IMG/VR virus record: IMGVR_UViG_3300048929_000433
Coordinates: 1-64,000 of that record
DNA from: a virus
Length of the DNA: 64,000 bases
Strand: one strand, 5' to 3'
How positions within the stretch are numbered: position 1 is the stretch's first letter; each line of letters begins with the position of its first letter. The position numbers and the translations under genes were made by a program. Positions 24,023 through 32,319 of this stretch are shown here, one piece after another. The notes under the pieces were generated by a model, which made no database searches, was not told where the DNA came from, and saw nothing but the letters and a program-made list of their open reading frames with translations.

Positions 24023-25175
24023 AGTCTCAGCTTCGCTCCGCGATGTTCCGCTCCGCCCCACTGCTCAGTGCGGCGCTGCGCGTCACGTCGCGGCGCGTCG
24101 CCCCGCTTCGCTTCTCACCTCTACGCAACGAAATTGTCTTGTTCCATTTTTCGGCGCAACGCTTCTCGTCTCGCCACTACGCTACGCCGCTCGTCACTGC
24201 GCACTGCAACGCAACGCCGCCCAATGTCCTCTCAGCTCTACACTGCACCCCGCGCCGCGGCTCACCACCTCGCACGGCATCACTTCTCATCTCTCCTCAA
24301 CGCCACGCAACAATTTACTTTATTCATTTCCGTCGCACCGCATCTCTACGCGCCACCTCTCAGCACCACGCTCCTCTCCACATCACGTCACCGCGTCTCG
24401 CCTCACCTCACGACACAACGCAACGATTTCGTTTGGCAATTTTTGCCACGCAACGCCACTCCGCACAGCGCTCCGCTCCTCGCGGCCTCTCCGCTCACCG
24501 CTCGGCATCCCTCCGCAACGCCTCACCACTCCCTGCCCCGTCGCACCCCGCCCCACTCCGCAGCACCCCGCCACACGACACGTCTCGACGCAACGATTTT
24601 CATTTTGGTTTTTACTCCGCTGTGCATCTCGTCACCACGCTTCGCGTCTCAGCACTCCACTCCGCATCTCATCGCCACACATCGTATCGCAGCACGGTGC
24701 ATCCCGACACGACGCAACGTTTTTCATTTGGCAGTGGCGATTTTGCTGGCGCAACGCCTCACGTCTCAGCGCCTCGCACCGCACTACGCCACACCGCAAC
24801 GCAACGCATCTCTCGGCACCGCTCCGCTTCTCAGCGCTACACAACGCAACGCCATGCCGCTCCGCGCTCGACTTCACTCCGCGCCACAACGTGCCGCGCC
24901 TCTACGCATGGCTGCACAGCTCAACTCAGCTCGACGCAACGATTTTGTTTTTATGCTTTCCGCGCCGCACCTCAACGCGCCACATCGCATCGCCCGGCAC
25001 CTCGTCACAACACGACACGACGCTCCGATATACTTTATTTATTTCCATCGCATCGCTTCTCAGCTCAGCGCTCCGCCGCGCGACACGACACCGCACGCCA
25101 CCCCGCTTCTCAGCGCTTCGCGACGCACCGCAGCTCCGCTCATCGCACCACAATGCAACGCCACATCTCCAAGAG
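24023..25175 (+). repeat. 1.15-kb strand-asymmetric C-rich modular tract, stop-free in all three forward frames; judged non-coding
   Basis: No TAA, TAG or TGA in any register. Recurrent ACGCAACG, GCTCCGC and TCTCAGC words. Seven T-rich punctuation blocks. Confidence 0.85.
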
Positions 25176-25190
25176 TAACGGAGGATTCTA

Positions 25191-25502
25191 ATGGCTGAAC
25201 GCGCTCATCTCGAACGGCTCTCCCGCGAATTGGTCGACGCCGGCTTGCTGGTCGAGGCAGGCTGGATTGGGCTGCGGATCGCCTGCGACCTCCATGACGC
25301 ACCGAAACAGCAGCTTGAGGACATGCGCAATGCATTCTTTGCCGGCGCGCAGCACACCTTCCATTCGATCATGAACATCCTGGAGCCCGGCGCCGAGCCG
25401 ACCGAGGCCGACCTGCAGCGCATGACCAACATCGATCAGGAACTACGCCGCTTTATCGAGGACTTCGAAGTCCGGCACATCAAAACTGTCGGCACAGCGT
25501 GA
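25191..25502 (+). CDS. hypothetical protein (103 aa)
   Basis: Track ORF with GGAGG 8 nt upstream. Confidence 0.65.
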   Translation: MAERAHLERLSRELVDAGLLVEAGWIGLRIACDLHDAPKQQLEDMRNAFFAGAQHTFHSIMNILEPGAEPTEADLQRMTNIDQELRRFIEDFEVRHIKTVGTA

Positions 25503-25511
25503 GTAAATGCA

Positions 25512-25751
25512 ATGAGAGAGTACAGCGTAATCGCAACCCCGTTCGAGGCAACACCATTTAGCGAGCGCCTGGCACTTCACATGGTGTCCATTTCAGTCTG
25601 GCCGCTAAAGATCGATGATCGAATCTCGGTCCTGATGACCGCGCTCGGGATCGAGATCCTCCCCCAGGTCGAGACTGACGATCAGGTCGAGGCTGTCCTG
25701 GATCAGCTTCGGATCCAGATGAAACTGGCCCGGTGGCGCAATCAGCTATGA
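25512..25751 (+). CDS. hypothetical protein (79 aa)
   Basis: Track ORF. Confidence 0.55.
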   Translation: MREYSVIATPFEATPFSERLALHMVSISVWPLKIDDRISVLMTALGIEILPQVETDDQVEAVLDQLRIQMKLARWRNQL

Positions 25752-26146
25752 ACAAGCTTTGGATCACCTGCGGTGCAGGCATTTTGACGGCGATTGCAGT
25801 TGTCGCCGTCTCTCGATCGGTCAGTACGCCGCCGGTTTATGCCGCCAGCGAACCGGCCTCCGAGGAGTCGCCGTTCAGCGAAACCTGGATCTCTGCTGCA
25901 GCACCCTTGATTTTCAAGAATACCGAACTGGCACGGGTCTTTGCCGCCGCCATTGGTCCGCCTCGTAGCAGGGAGGATAGTGAGCCGGTGAAGGCAGTGG
26001 TGCCGGTTGAGATGGCGGTCGCACGAACTGACGTGCGTCAAACTGTCGGGGCGACTGAAAGCGTCCGCCGCCATCGCAACATTTGTCAGCGTCACGGAAT
26101 GCGCAAGGTCAAGCATGGCCGCCGCGGATGGAGATGCCGGAGATGA
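25748..26146 (+). CDS. membrane-anchored hypothetical protein (132 aa)
   Basis: Start MNKLWITCGAGILTAIAVVAV (ATGA overlap); basic Cys/His C-terminus. Confidence 0.55.
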   Translation: MNKLWITCGAGILTAIAVVAVSRSVSTPPVYAASEPASEESPFSETWISAAAPLIFKNTELARVFAAAIGPPRSREDSEPVKAVVPVEMAVARTDVRQTVGATESVRRHRNICQRHGMRKVKHGRRGWRCRR

Positions 26147-26346
26147 CAGTCACTGACATGAGCCGCCTGGAAAAGCAGAAGAAAGAGTTCGACACGCTGG
26201 TCAAGCTCTACAAGGCCTTCAACGCCATGCCGGCCGTGGTCGATGACGACTATCCGGAAATGCGATTCCGTTACGAGGCTGCGCTGCGGGATTTTATCTA
26301 CGCGCTCGAAGATAACGGCCGCGCCATCATAGGAACGCTGAAATGA
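26143..26346 (+). CDS. hypothetical protein (67 aa)
   Basis: ATGA overlap start (MTVTDMS). Confidence 0.5.
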   Translation: MTVTDMSRLEKQKKEFDTLVKLYKAFNAMPAVVDDDYPEMRFRYEAALRDFIYALEDNGRAIIGTLK

Positions 26347-26633
26347 AAGCCCGCCAGATTGTATCGGAGGAGTGGCAGCGTGCGGTCGAGGAGTTCGAAC
26401 TGCGGCCCGGATCCGTCACAGAGAAGGTGGTCGCTCGGATTATCAACCGCCTCGATGAGGAAGCCGACACAGGCACGGTTTATGAGATCGAGCACGACGG
26501 CTTTAGGGGCACGGTGATCGGCACCTATACCACGCGGGATGGCAAGGAAGGTGTCGTGCTGCAGCAGATCGGTAGCAAGGTGGTTCATGTCTACGGCAAG
26601 CAATGGCTGAAACCATGGAGCACGTTGCGATGA
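26343..26633 (+). CDS. hypothetical protein (96 aa)
   Basis: Track ORF, ATGA-coupled. Confidence 0.6.
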   Translation: MKARQIVSEEWQRAVEEFELRPGSVTEKVVARIINRLDEEADTGTVYEIEHDGFRGTVIGTYTTRDGKEGVVLQQIGSKVVHVYGKQWLKPWSTLR

Positions 26634-26845
26634 AAGATATCGTCAAGGTCCAGGTGCCGTTCTTTAGCAATGATCCGGAGGAGCTGGTCCTGGTCTACTC
26701 CAAGAACCGAAAGAACCTGGTGCAGCAACCGCTGTCGGATGCTGCCCGTAAGCAGATGGGCGAGGATCTCAAGGCGTTTTTCGAAGCCGAGTTTCGGAAT
26801 GGGCGCTGGCTTCTCGGCCAGCGCGTCACCCAACGGGATTGGTAA
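26630..26845 (+). CDS. hypothetical protein (71 aa)
   Basis: Start MKDIVKV forms an ATGA overlap. Confidence 0.5.
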   Translation: MKDIVKVQVPFFSNDPEELVLVYSKNRKNLVQQPLSDAARKQMGEDLKAFFEAEFRNGRWLLGQRVTQRDW

Positions 26846-26846
26846 C

Positions 26847-27104
26847 ATGAGCATCACCGCAAAGGAATTACGCGAGGCCACCGCGCGTGGCGAGGGACCG
26901 CTGGCCAAAGCCGCGGACGATGAGCCGGTGTTTCTGTTGCGCGGCCAGGACAATCTCGCCGCAGACTTGGTCGCGATCTGGTCGGTCCAGGCTGGACTAC
27001 TGATACCGACCTGCGACGTCGATGGATTTGACAAGAAGGTGGCAGAAGCGCGCGCCATCGCCGAGCTGATGGCGACCTGGCGCACGCGCAAAAACCCGGA
27101 CTGA
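26847..27104 (+). CDS. hypothetical protein (85 aa)
   Basis: Internal ATG (MSITAKEL) of track ORF 26670..27104, immediately after the preceding stop. Confidence 0.55.
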   Translation: MSITAKELREATARGEGPLAKAADDEPVFLLRGQDNLAADLVAIWSVQAGLLIPTCDVDGFDKKVAEARAIAELMATWRTRKNPD

Positions 27105-27108
27105 TCCC

Positions 27109-27282
27109 ATGGTCACGACCTTTGATCCGCAATGCTGGGTACTGGCTGAACACTTCCTGCAGGACGAACCGTGCTGTCAGGATCCGGAGCTTTACCAGCT
27201 CTATTGCCATGAACTCGCGCTGGCGATTCAGCGCGCGGTCGAGGAATTCATGTTCGTGCAAGTCAAGGATGTCGTGTCATGA
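27109..27282 (+). CDS. possible 57-aa protein
   Basis: Hand translated MVTTFDPQCWVLAEHFLQDEPCC.... It fills the gap and ends in an ATGA overlap with 27279. Confidence 0.4.
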   Translation: MVTTFDPQCWVLAEHFLQDEPCCQDPELYQLYCHELALAIQRAVEEFMFVQVKDVVS

Positions 27283-27927
27283 CCGAGTTGAATGCTGCGA
27301 TCAGAAACATCCACCTCCCCCCACGTCTCGCACGCCGGCCGATAAACGGCCGCGGCTTTCCCGTGCCTTGGTTCGTCTCGTTTCGCAATGGCGATTGGGA
27401 TTTCGTCAATCTGGATCCGCGGAAGATTGTCGGAGGCCTATCATCAGCAGATCTGCTGGCTATGTGGCGACAAGCTGGGTCAGTATAAATCGTTTTGCAT
27501 CGGGCCGATGTGCTCAATCAACAGAGTCACATCCGAGCCGGCGCAACACCGCGAGTGCAGCGAATACGCCGTCAAAGCCTGTCCGTTCCTGGCGCGACCG
27601 AACATGAAGCGCAACACGCACGCAATGGAAGCGCCTGGAAACATTCCCGGCATCCACCTCGATCACAATCCCGGCGCTACCCTGATCTGGACCACCAAAA
27701 CCTACAAGCCGATCCAGGTCGGGCGAGGCACGTTATTCGAGCTTGGTGAACCCGTCGAGGTGAGCTGGTGGGCACATGGCCGGCGCGCGACCCGCGCGGA
27801 GATCGACGCATCGATTGCCAAGGGCATGCCGCATCTGCGCAAGGCTGCGGCCAGTGAAGGTTATGAGGCCCTGCAGGAATTGGAGCGCTATGTGCAACGC
27901 GCCGAGAAACTGTTGCCAGTGGAGTGA
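27279..27927 (+). pseudogene. Cys-rich phage protein split by a 1-nt frame change near 27430-27433
   Basis: Track ORFs 27279..27488 (frame 0) and 27388..27927 (frame +1) join into one continuous protein, ...DPRKIV/EAYHQQICWLCGDKLG..., if one G in GTCGGAG is skipped. Confidence 0.5.
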
Positions 27928-27933
27928 ACGCCT

Positions 27934-28239
27934 ATGAAAATGCCAGACAGTCAAGTCCTCGATCTCGGTCGACTCTCGATCAAGCGTTGCCGCGAAGCCT
28001 TCATGTCGGTCGGACAATTGATCGACGACGACGGCCAGCGCGCTGCCTTGTTGATGTCCGTTGCGATCGATTTCGTGCGCGGCGCGGCGGCCACGATTGA
28101 GGAATGCGAGGACGTCACCAGGGAACAGGCGACGACTGTCGTCCTTGGGCACCTGCTAAGCGAACTCGGCGTCGAAAGTGTCCAAGCCATCGTTCAGATT
28201 GGAAAGCGCCATGACAAAGATCGAACATCAGCTTCATGA
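27934..28239 (+). CDS. hypothetical protein (101 aa)
   Basis: Track ORF. Confidence 0.55.
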   Translation: MKMPDSQVLDLGRLSIKRCREAFMSVGQLIDDDGQRAALLMSVAIDFVRGAAATIEECEDVTREQATTVVLGHLLSELGVESVQAIVQIGKRHDKDRTSAS

Positions 28240-28642
28240 GGACGTCGTTGCCGGCAAGCCACAAATGGATCTTGACCGCACGATGATGGTTTTCTCGATC
28301 GGTAGCGCACCCCACTTCACCCGGCGCGCGGTATCGATGGCGGTGCTGTCGTGGCGGGCCATGAAGATCAAGCCATCGACCGCGGTGGTGATGCACTTCG
28401 GCGGCTTTGATGAAGATCCGCGCGAGCTGTGGGAGATCCCGGAGGTGCGGCTGTTCGTGCAGCGGTTCTGCGCCAAGACCGGTGCGCACAAGCATCCAGC
28501 TCTGGATCCGGCGTCACGCGCCTGGCTGCTGGCCTGTGACGTCGAGCCCGGCTTGAGAGTCAACGTCAACATGATCACTGTCGAGGAATCGCTGGATCAG
28601 TCGATGGATTTTTTCCGGTCGCGGCTCAAGGAAGTGCCATGA
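28211..28642 (+). CDS. hypothetical protein (143 aa)
   Basis: Start moved to MTKIEHQ (28211). Confidence 0.55.
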   Translation: MTKIEHQLHEDVVAGKPQMDLDRTMMVFSIGSAPHFTRRAVSMAVLSWRAMKIKPSTAVVMHFGGFDEDPRELWEIPEVRLFVQRFCAKTGAHKHPALDPASRAWLLACDVEPGLRVNVNMITVEESLDQSMDFFRSRLKEVP

Positions 28643-28878
28643 AGCGAGAATTGATTGCGATGCGGTTGGCCGACATGGTTCGCGTTCACCCGGACCAGAT
28701 CGTCGAACACTGTTCAGCATGTGGCGCCGAGGTTGGCGTCTATCCGTCAGGCCAGAAGATCATGCGGCATTATCGTGACGTCGTGCTGGTTTGCCAGGTA
28801 TGCCGCCCGCCAGGACCGAACGCCAAGCTGGCGCCCGGCGCCGAGCTGGAGCCGCTCCAATCGTACCGGAAGCAATAG
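28639..28878 (+). CDS. zinc-ribbon-like small protein (79 aa)
   Basis: CSACG ... CQVC pattern; ATGA overlap start. Confidence 0.55.
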   Translation: MKRELIAMRLADMVRVHPDQIVEHCSACGAEVGVYPSGQKIMRHYRDVVLVCQVCRPPGPNAKLAPGAELEPLQSYRKQ

Positions 28879-28880
28879 CG

Positions 28881-29126
28881 ATGCAATCGTGGGAGCGATC
28901 AGCCGCCAGTCGCGCCATGAGCATCGATTTTCGGTACCGCACATCGATGCCAGTTCGCGACATGCATCACGATGGTCGCATCGTGTTTTGGGTCGACATC
29001 TATGGCTGGACCGGCAAGGACGTCTGCAAGGTACCCGGCGGGTACGATCCAATGGTGCGCGCCGTGCGCCGGCTCGGGCTGGATCCAGATCGCTATCAAG
29101 CCTGGCTATGGGATGCCGATGTATGA
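28881..29126 (+). CDS. hypothetical protein (81 aa)
   Basis: Internal ATG (MQSWERS), 2 nt after the preceding stop. Confidence 0.5.
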   Translation: MQSWERSAASRAMSIDFRYRTSMPVRDMHHDGRIVFWVDIYGWTGKDVCKVPGGYDPMVRAVRRLGLDPDRYQAWLWDADV

Positions 29127-29470
29127 GCACGATGACCGACGTCAGCGAACAATGGCGACCTGTGGTTGGCTTTGAAGAATTTTACGAAGTCTCCGATCAT
29201 GGTCGAGTACGAAGCCGTGATCGTGTGGTCATTATTAGAAATGCGCACGCGCGAAAAGTACCAGCGCATATCTTGCCGCTTACTCCAAATGGCAAGAGTG
29301 GACGCGTGCGAGTCAATCTGTGTCATCACGGTTTAGAAGCCGGTCGCGATGTTCACCTCCTGATTTTGGAAGCTTTTCGCGGACCGCGGCCAGAAGGTGC
29401 AAAGGCGCGCTATCTTAATGGTCAGTCTGGCGACAATCGCCTCGACAACTTGATCTGGGAAATCAAATGA
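29123..29470 (+). CDS. NUMOD4/HNH_3-type homing-endonuclease-like protein (115 aa)
   Basis: WRPVVGFEEFYEVSDHGRVRS (NUMOD4-like) and ...ARYLNGQSGDNRLDNLIW (HNH-like, first His replaced by Tyr). ATGA overlap start inside track ORF 28655..29470. Confidence 0.7.
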   Translation: MSTMTDVSEQWRPVVGFEEFYEVSDHGRVRSRDRVVIIRNAHARKVPAHILPLTPNGKSGRVRVNLCHHGLEAGRDVHLLILEAFRGPRPEGAKARYLNGQSGDNRLDNLIWEIK

Positions 29471-29754
29471 CGATGACTCGCCTGCCAGGCGTTCCTGATC
29501 GCTCCGATGTCCGTCCAGGGATGGCACATTACACCGGCACCGGACCGCTCGGCTCGACCTGCGGAACGTGCCGGCACCGTGGCTACTATCGAAAAGGTCG
29601 AGATAAGTTCAACCCGAACACTCAAATGATCGAAAGCAAGCAAGTCCGGACGATGGGCTGTCGCGAATTCCTGCGGCTTACCCACCGCCACGGTCCGCCA
29701 GTTTTCAAGGATTGGGCAGCATGCAAATTTTGGGAGGCGCGTGATGAGCGATGA
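29467..29754 (+). CDS. hypothetical Cys/His-containing protein (95 aa)
   Basis: Track ORF. Confidence 0.55.
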   Translation: MTMTRLPGVPDRSDVRPGMAHYTGTGPLGSTCGTCRHRGYYRKGRDKFNPNTQMIESKQVRTMGCREFLRLTHRHGPPVFKDWAACKFWEARDER

Positions 29755-29944
29755 CGAACTGAAAAAGAACGATCGCGTCGTCTATCGGGTGCCAGGCAAA
29801 GTCTCGTTTCAGACCGGCGTCATCGTCGGTGAGGCGCGTGACGGCCATGGCTGGTACATTATCAAAGACGGCACCAGATGGCCGCGTGGGATTCACAAGA
29901 GCTTTTGCCAGCCGGAAAAAACCGATCGCATGATGAGAGACTGA
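29744..29944 (+). CDS. hypothetical protein (66 aa)
   Basis: ATG 6 nt after GGGAGG. Confidence 0.5.
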   Translation: MSDDELKKNDRVVYRVPGKVSFQTGVIVGEARDGHGWYIIKDGTRWPRGIHKSFCQPEKTDRMMRD

Positions 29945-29945
29945 G

Positions 29946-30323
29946 ATGCCGAAAGATCGACGCTTCAAAAAGCCGAAGGCCGGGCCCGCCCGAGGGGATC
30001 CGTTCGAGCGCGACGACTTCAGGATTTGGGCCGATGACATGCGCAAGCGGCTGATCCCGAAGATGCGGGACTCCAGTAACGTACTGATGCTGGCGCCGGA
30101 CTTGAAGGCCGAATTCGACATCAGTTTCGCCCTGCAGATCGGGGCTACAATCCTATTGGAGAAGCCGCTGATCCTGGTGGTGCATCCGGGCCGGCAGATC
30201 CCGCCTAAGCTCCGCGCCATCGCAGACCGCGTCATTGAGGCCGACCTGAACGGCCTGCCGATGGACGACGCCAAGATCCAGGAACAGATCCGGCAAGCGA
30301 TGGTGGATTTGGGGAAGCAGTAA
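29946..30323 (+). CDS. hypothetical protein (125 aa)
   Basis: Track ORF; last gene of the rightward operon. Confidence 0.6.
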   Translation: MPKDRRFKKPKAGPARGDPFERDDFRIWADDMRKRLIPKMRDSSNVLMLAPDLKAEFDISFALQIGATILLEKPLILVVHPGRQIPPKLRAIADRVIEADLNGLPMDDAKIQEQIRQAMVDLGKQ

Positions 30324-30619
30324 TGACGCATCACCATTGCAGATCCATGCTAGTTTTCTTCTATGCGCCACTACATTTAGAGCCTGGATTTTGCCCATTC
30401 TTAGCCCGAGCGACCATCAAAAACCGAAATTCCAACGAGTTCAAGTAGTTAGCATCGCTTGCGCCCTGTTCATGGATAAGTTAAAAGGAAAATCAGACCG
30501 GTAGAAAACGACAGGAAAGCCTATAAAAATAGTGCTTTTCGTTTTCTGCGGATCTAGCTTTTCACCATTTAGCCCGCCGCGATTTAGCCGGGCTAAAGAT
30601 CAAAACAGGGGCAGAATCC
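30324..30619. other. candidate attP / integrase control region
   Basis: AT-rich 296-bp gap next to int. Repeated TTAGCCCG (30401, 30568). Palindrome TTTAGCC-G-GGCTAAA (30582-30596). Inverted repeat AGAAAACGA/TCGTTTTCT (30502-30546). Confidence 0.4.
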
Positions 30620-32014
30620 ATGACGAACGTTCGGCAATCGACTCACGAACAGTTGGACTCACGCACTAAGAAAGCCGTCTACATCGGGGCCAAGCACCTC
30701 GTCAAAGGCGATAAGCGCAAGACCTGGAGCGACAGCGACGTCACCGGCTTTACCCTGCGCACCACACCGAACGGCTCCTTTACCTTCTACTTCGTGCGCA
30801 CCAACCCGGCGACCAAGAAGCTCGACTGGCACCTGATCGGCAAGCACCCGAGCATGTCGATCGCCGATGCCCGCATCGAAGCGCGCAGCCTCGCGCTACT
30901 CGCCGACAAGGGACATAACATTAAGCAGATCCGCGGCCAGAAGCGCGAGCGGGCCCGCATCGAAGGCGTCACCTTCAAGCAGCTGCATGACGAATACATC
31001 AAGGACTGCCAGACGCTGGTGCGGCAGCGCTGGGGCATGGTGCCGAGAAAGGAAAGCTGGAAAGATATCCGCTCGGCATTGAAGCGTCCGCTGGAATGGT
31101 GGGGCTCGATGGCGCTGAGCGAGATCACTGACAGCAGTGTCATGGATCTGTATCAGAGTTTCGTCGATGACGATCACGTCCCGCAAGGCAATCGTATCCG
31201 CACCCTGCTGCACACCATGTTCAAGTGGGCAATCCAGCCGCCGCGGAAATACCTCAACGCCAACCCGTGCGCGACCCTGCCGCAGAAGCAAAAGGAAGTC
31301 CCGGTTCACAACGATCCGGAGACCGGCGAGAAGCGGGTGCTATCGCCCGATGAACTGCGCACGCTCTGGTTCGGCCTCGATGATCCGAAATGTCCTGGCG
31401 ATCGTCTCAGCAAGCTGGCGTTGAAGCTGATGCTGGTGACGACGCTGCGCGGTGGCGAAATCTGTTCGATCGAACGCAAGAATGTCGAGCGCGATTACGT
31501 CAAGATCTCGCTCGGGATCCTCAAGAGCCGCCGCCACGACGGCGCGCGCGACATCGTCCAGCCGCTCAACAGTCTGGCGCGCGACATTCTCGCCAAGATC
31601 TTCGAAGGCGATGACGGCCGTCGCTACGCCTTCCCCGGTACCGGCAAACGCTCGGGCATGTGGATGGACCAGAAGACTCTCGGACATCTGGTCACGCGCA
31701 AGTCGAGCGATGAAGCCGGCAAGGAAGGTATCTGCGAATTTCTCGGCATGAAGCACTGGACGCCGCACGCGCTGCGACGAACTCCGGCGACCATCTTGAG
31801 TGAGCTTGATTATACCGAGGTCGAGATCGGCAAGGTGCTGACACATAAGCCGGTCGGCAAGGAAGCTTCGCCGACCACGCGTAACCATTATATTGTCGGT
31901 ACCAAGATCACCAACAAGCCGGCTGACAAGCGGGTTGAAATGCTCGATGCCCTCGACGGCGCCTTGCGCGAAATCCTTGGATTGAAAAAGCTGAAACTGG
32001 TGGCCAGCCGATGA
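30620..32014 (+). CDS. int: tyrosine recombinase / phage integrase with N-terminal arm-binding (DUF4102-like) domain
   Basis: 464 aa. GFTLRTTPNGSFTFYFVR N-terminal fold. HALRRTPATIL box and a C-terminal ...NHYIV Tyr region. Confidence 0.93.
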   Translation: MTNVRQSTHEQLDSRTKKAVYIGAKHLVKGDKRKTWSDSDVTGFTLRTTPNGSFTFYFVRTNPATKKLDWHLIGKHPSMSIADARIEARSLALLADKGHNIKQIRGQKRERARIEGVTFKQLHDEYIKDCQTLVRQRWGMVPRKESWKDIRSALKRPLEWWGSMALSEITDSSVMDLYQSFVDDDHVPQGNRIRTLLHTMFKWAIQPPRKYLNANPCATLPQKQKEVPVHNDPETGEKRVLSPDELRTLWFGLDDPKCPGDRLSKLALKLMLVTTLRGGEICSIERKNVERDYVKISLGILKSRRHDGARDIVQPLNSLARDILAKIFEGDDGRRYAFPGTGKRSGMWMDQKTLGHLVTRKSSDEAGKEGICEFLGMKHWTPHALRRTPATILSELDYTEVEIGKVLTHKPVGKEASPTTRNHYIVGTKITNKPADKRVEMLDALDGALREILGLKKLKLVASR

Positions 32015-32247
32015 CTAAAGGACACACCGAAGCCGAAGGCTACGTTGCGAGTCTTCGGCAGATGGCTCAATGGATCAGAGACGGCAATGCCGCAGATCCT
32101 GATGAGCTGGACGCCGCGGCGGAATTCATCGAGCGCCACGCCCGGTTAAGCCGGGTGGATGCCGCGCTGGCCGGCCAGCTCGGGCGATCGATGCAAGAGA
32201 ACGCCCGGCTGAAAATCCGGCTGGCAGAGCTGGAACAAGGTCAGTAA
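32011..32247 (+). CDS. hypothetical coiled-coil protein (78 aa), coupled to int
   Basis: ATGA overlap with the int stop. Confidence 0.5.
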   Translation: MTKGHTEAEGYVASLRQMAQWIRDGNAADPDELDAAAEFIERHARLSRVDAALAGQLGRSMQENARLKIRLAELEQGQ

Positions 32248-32255
32248 ACCAGACC

Positions 32256-32284
32256 CTTGACTTTGGACGTAGTACGTACTACCT
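32256..32284 (+). promoter_or_regulatory. early promoter copy 13
   Basis: CTTGAC-TTTGGACGTAGTACGTA-CTACCT. Confidence 0.6.
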
Positions 32285-32319
32285 TTAGGTTTCATTGGAA
32301 CCATAAAGGAGAATCACCC

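Noticed and set aside
24434-24448. Sigma54-like TGGCA-N5-TGCCA
   Set aside because: The GG and GC elements are 8 nt apart rather than the required 10. It is more simply a small inverted repeat inside a T-rich punctuation block.
23974-25198. Three overlapping long ORFs (405, 389 and 376 aa) in all forward frames
   Set aside because: All three frames are open only because the strand lacks TAA, TAG and TGA. The products are low-complexity, have no RBS and show no frame preference. Treated as a non-coding repeat tract.
28655-29470. 271-aa ORF
   Set aside because: The N-terminal 156 codons are Arg/Ser-rich and overlap three better small genes. Only the C-terminal 115 codons (NUMOD4/HNH-like, ATGA-coupled start) were kept.
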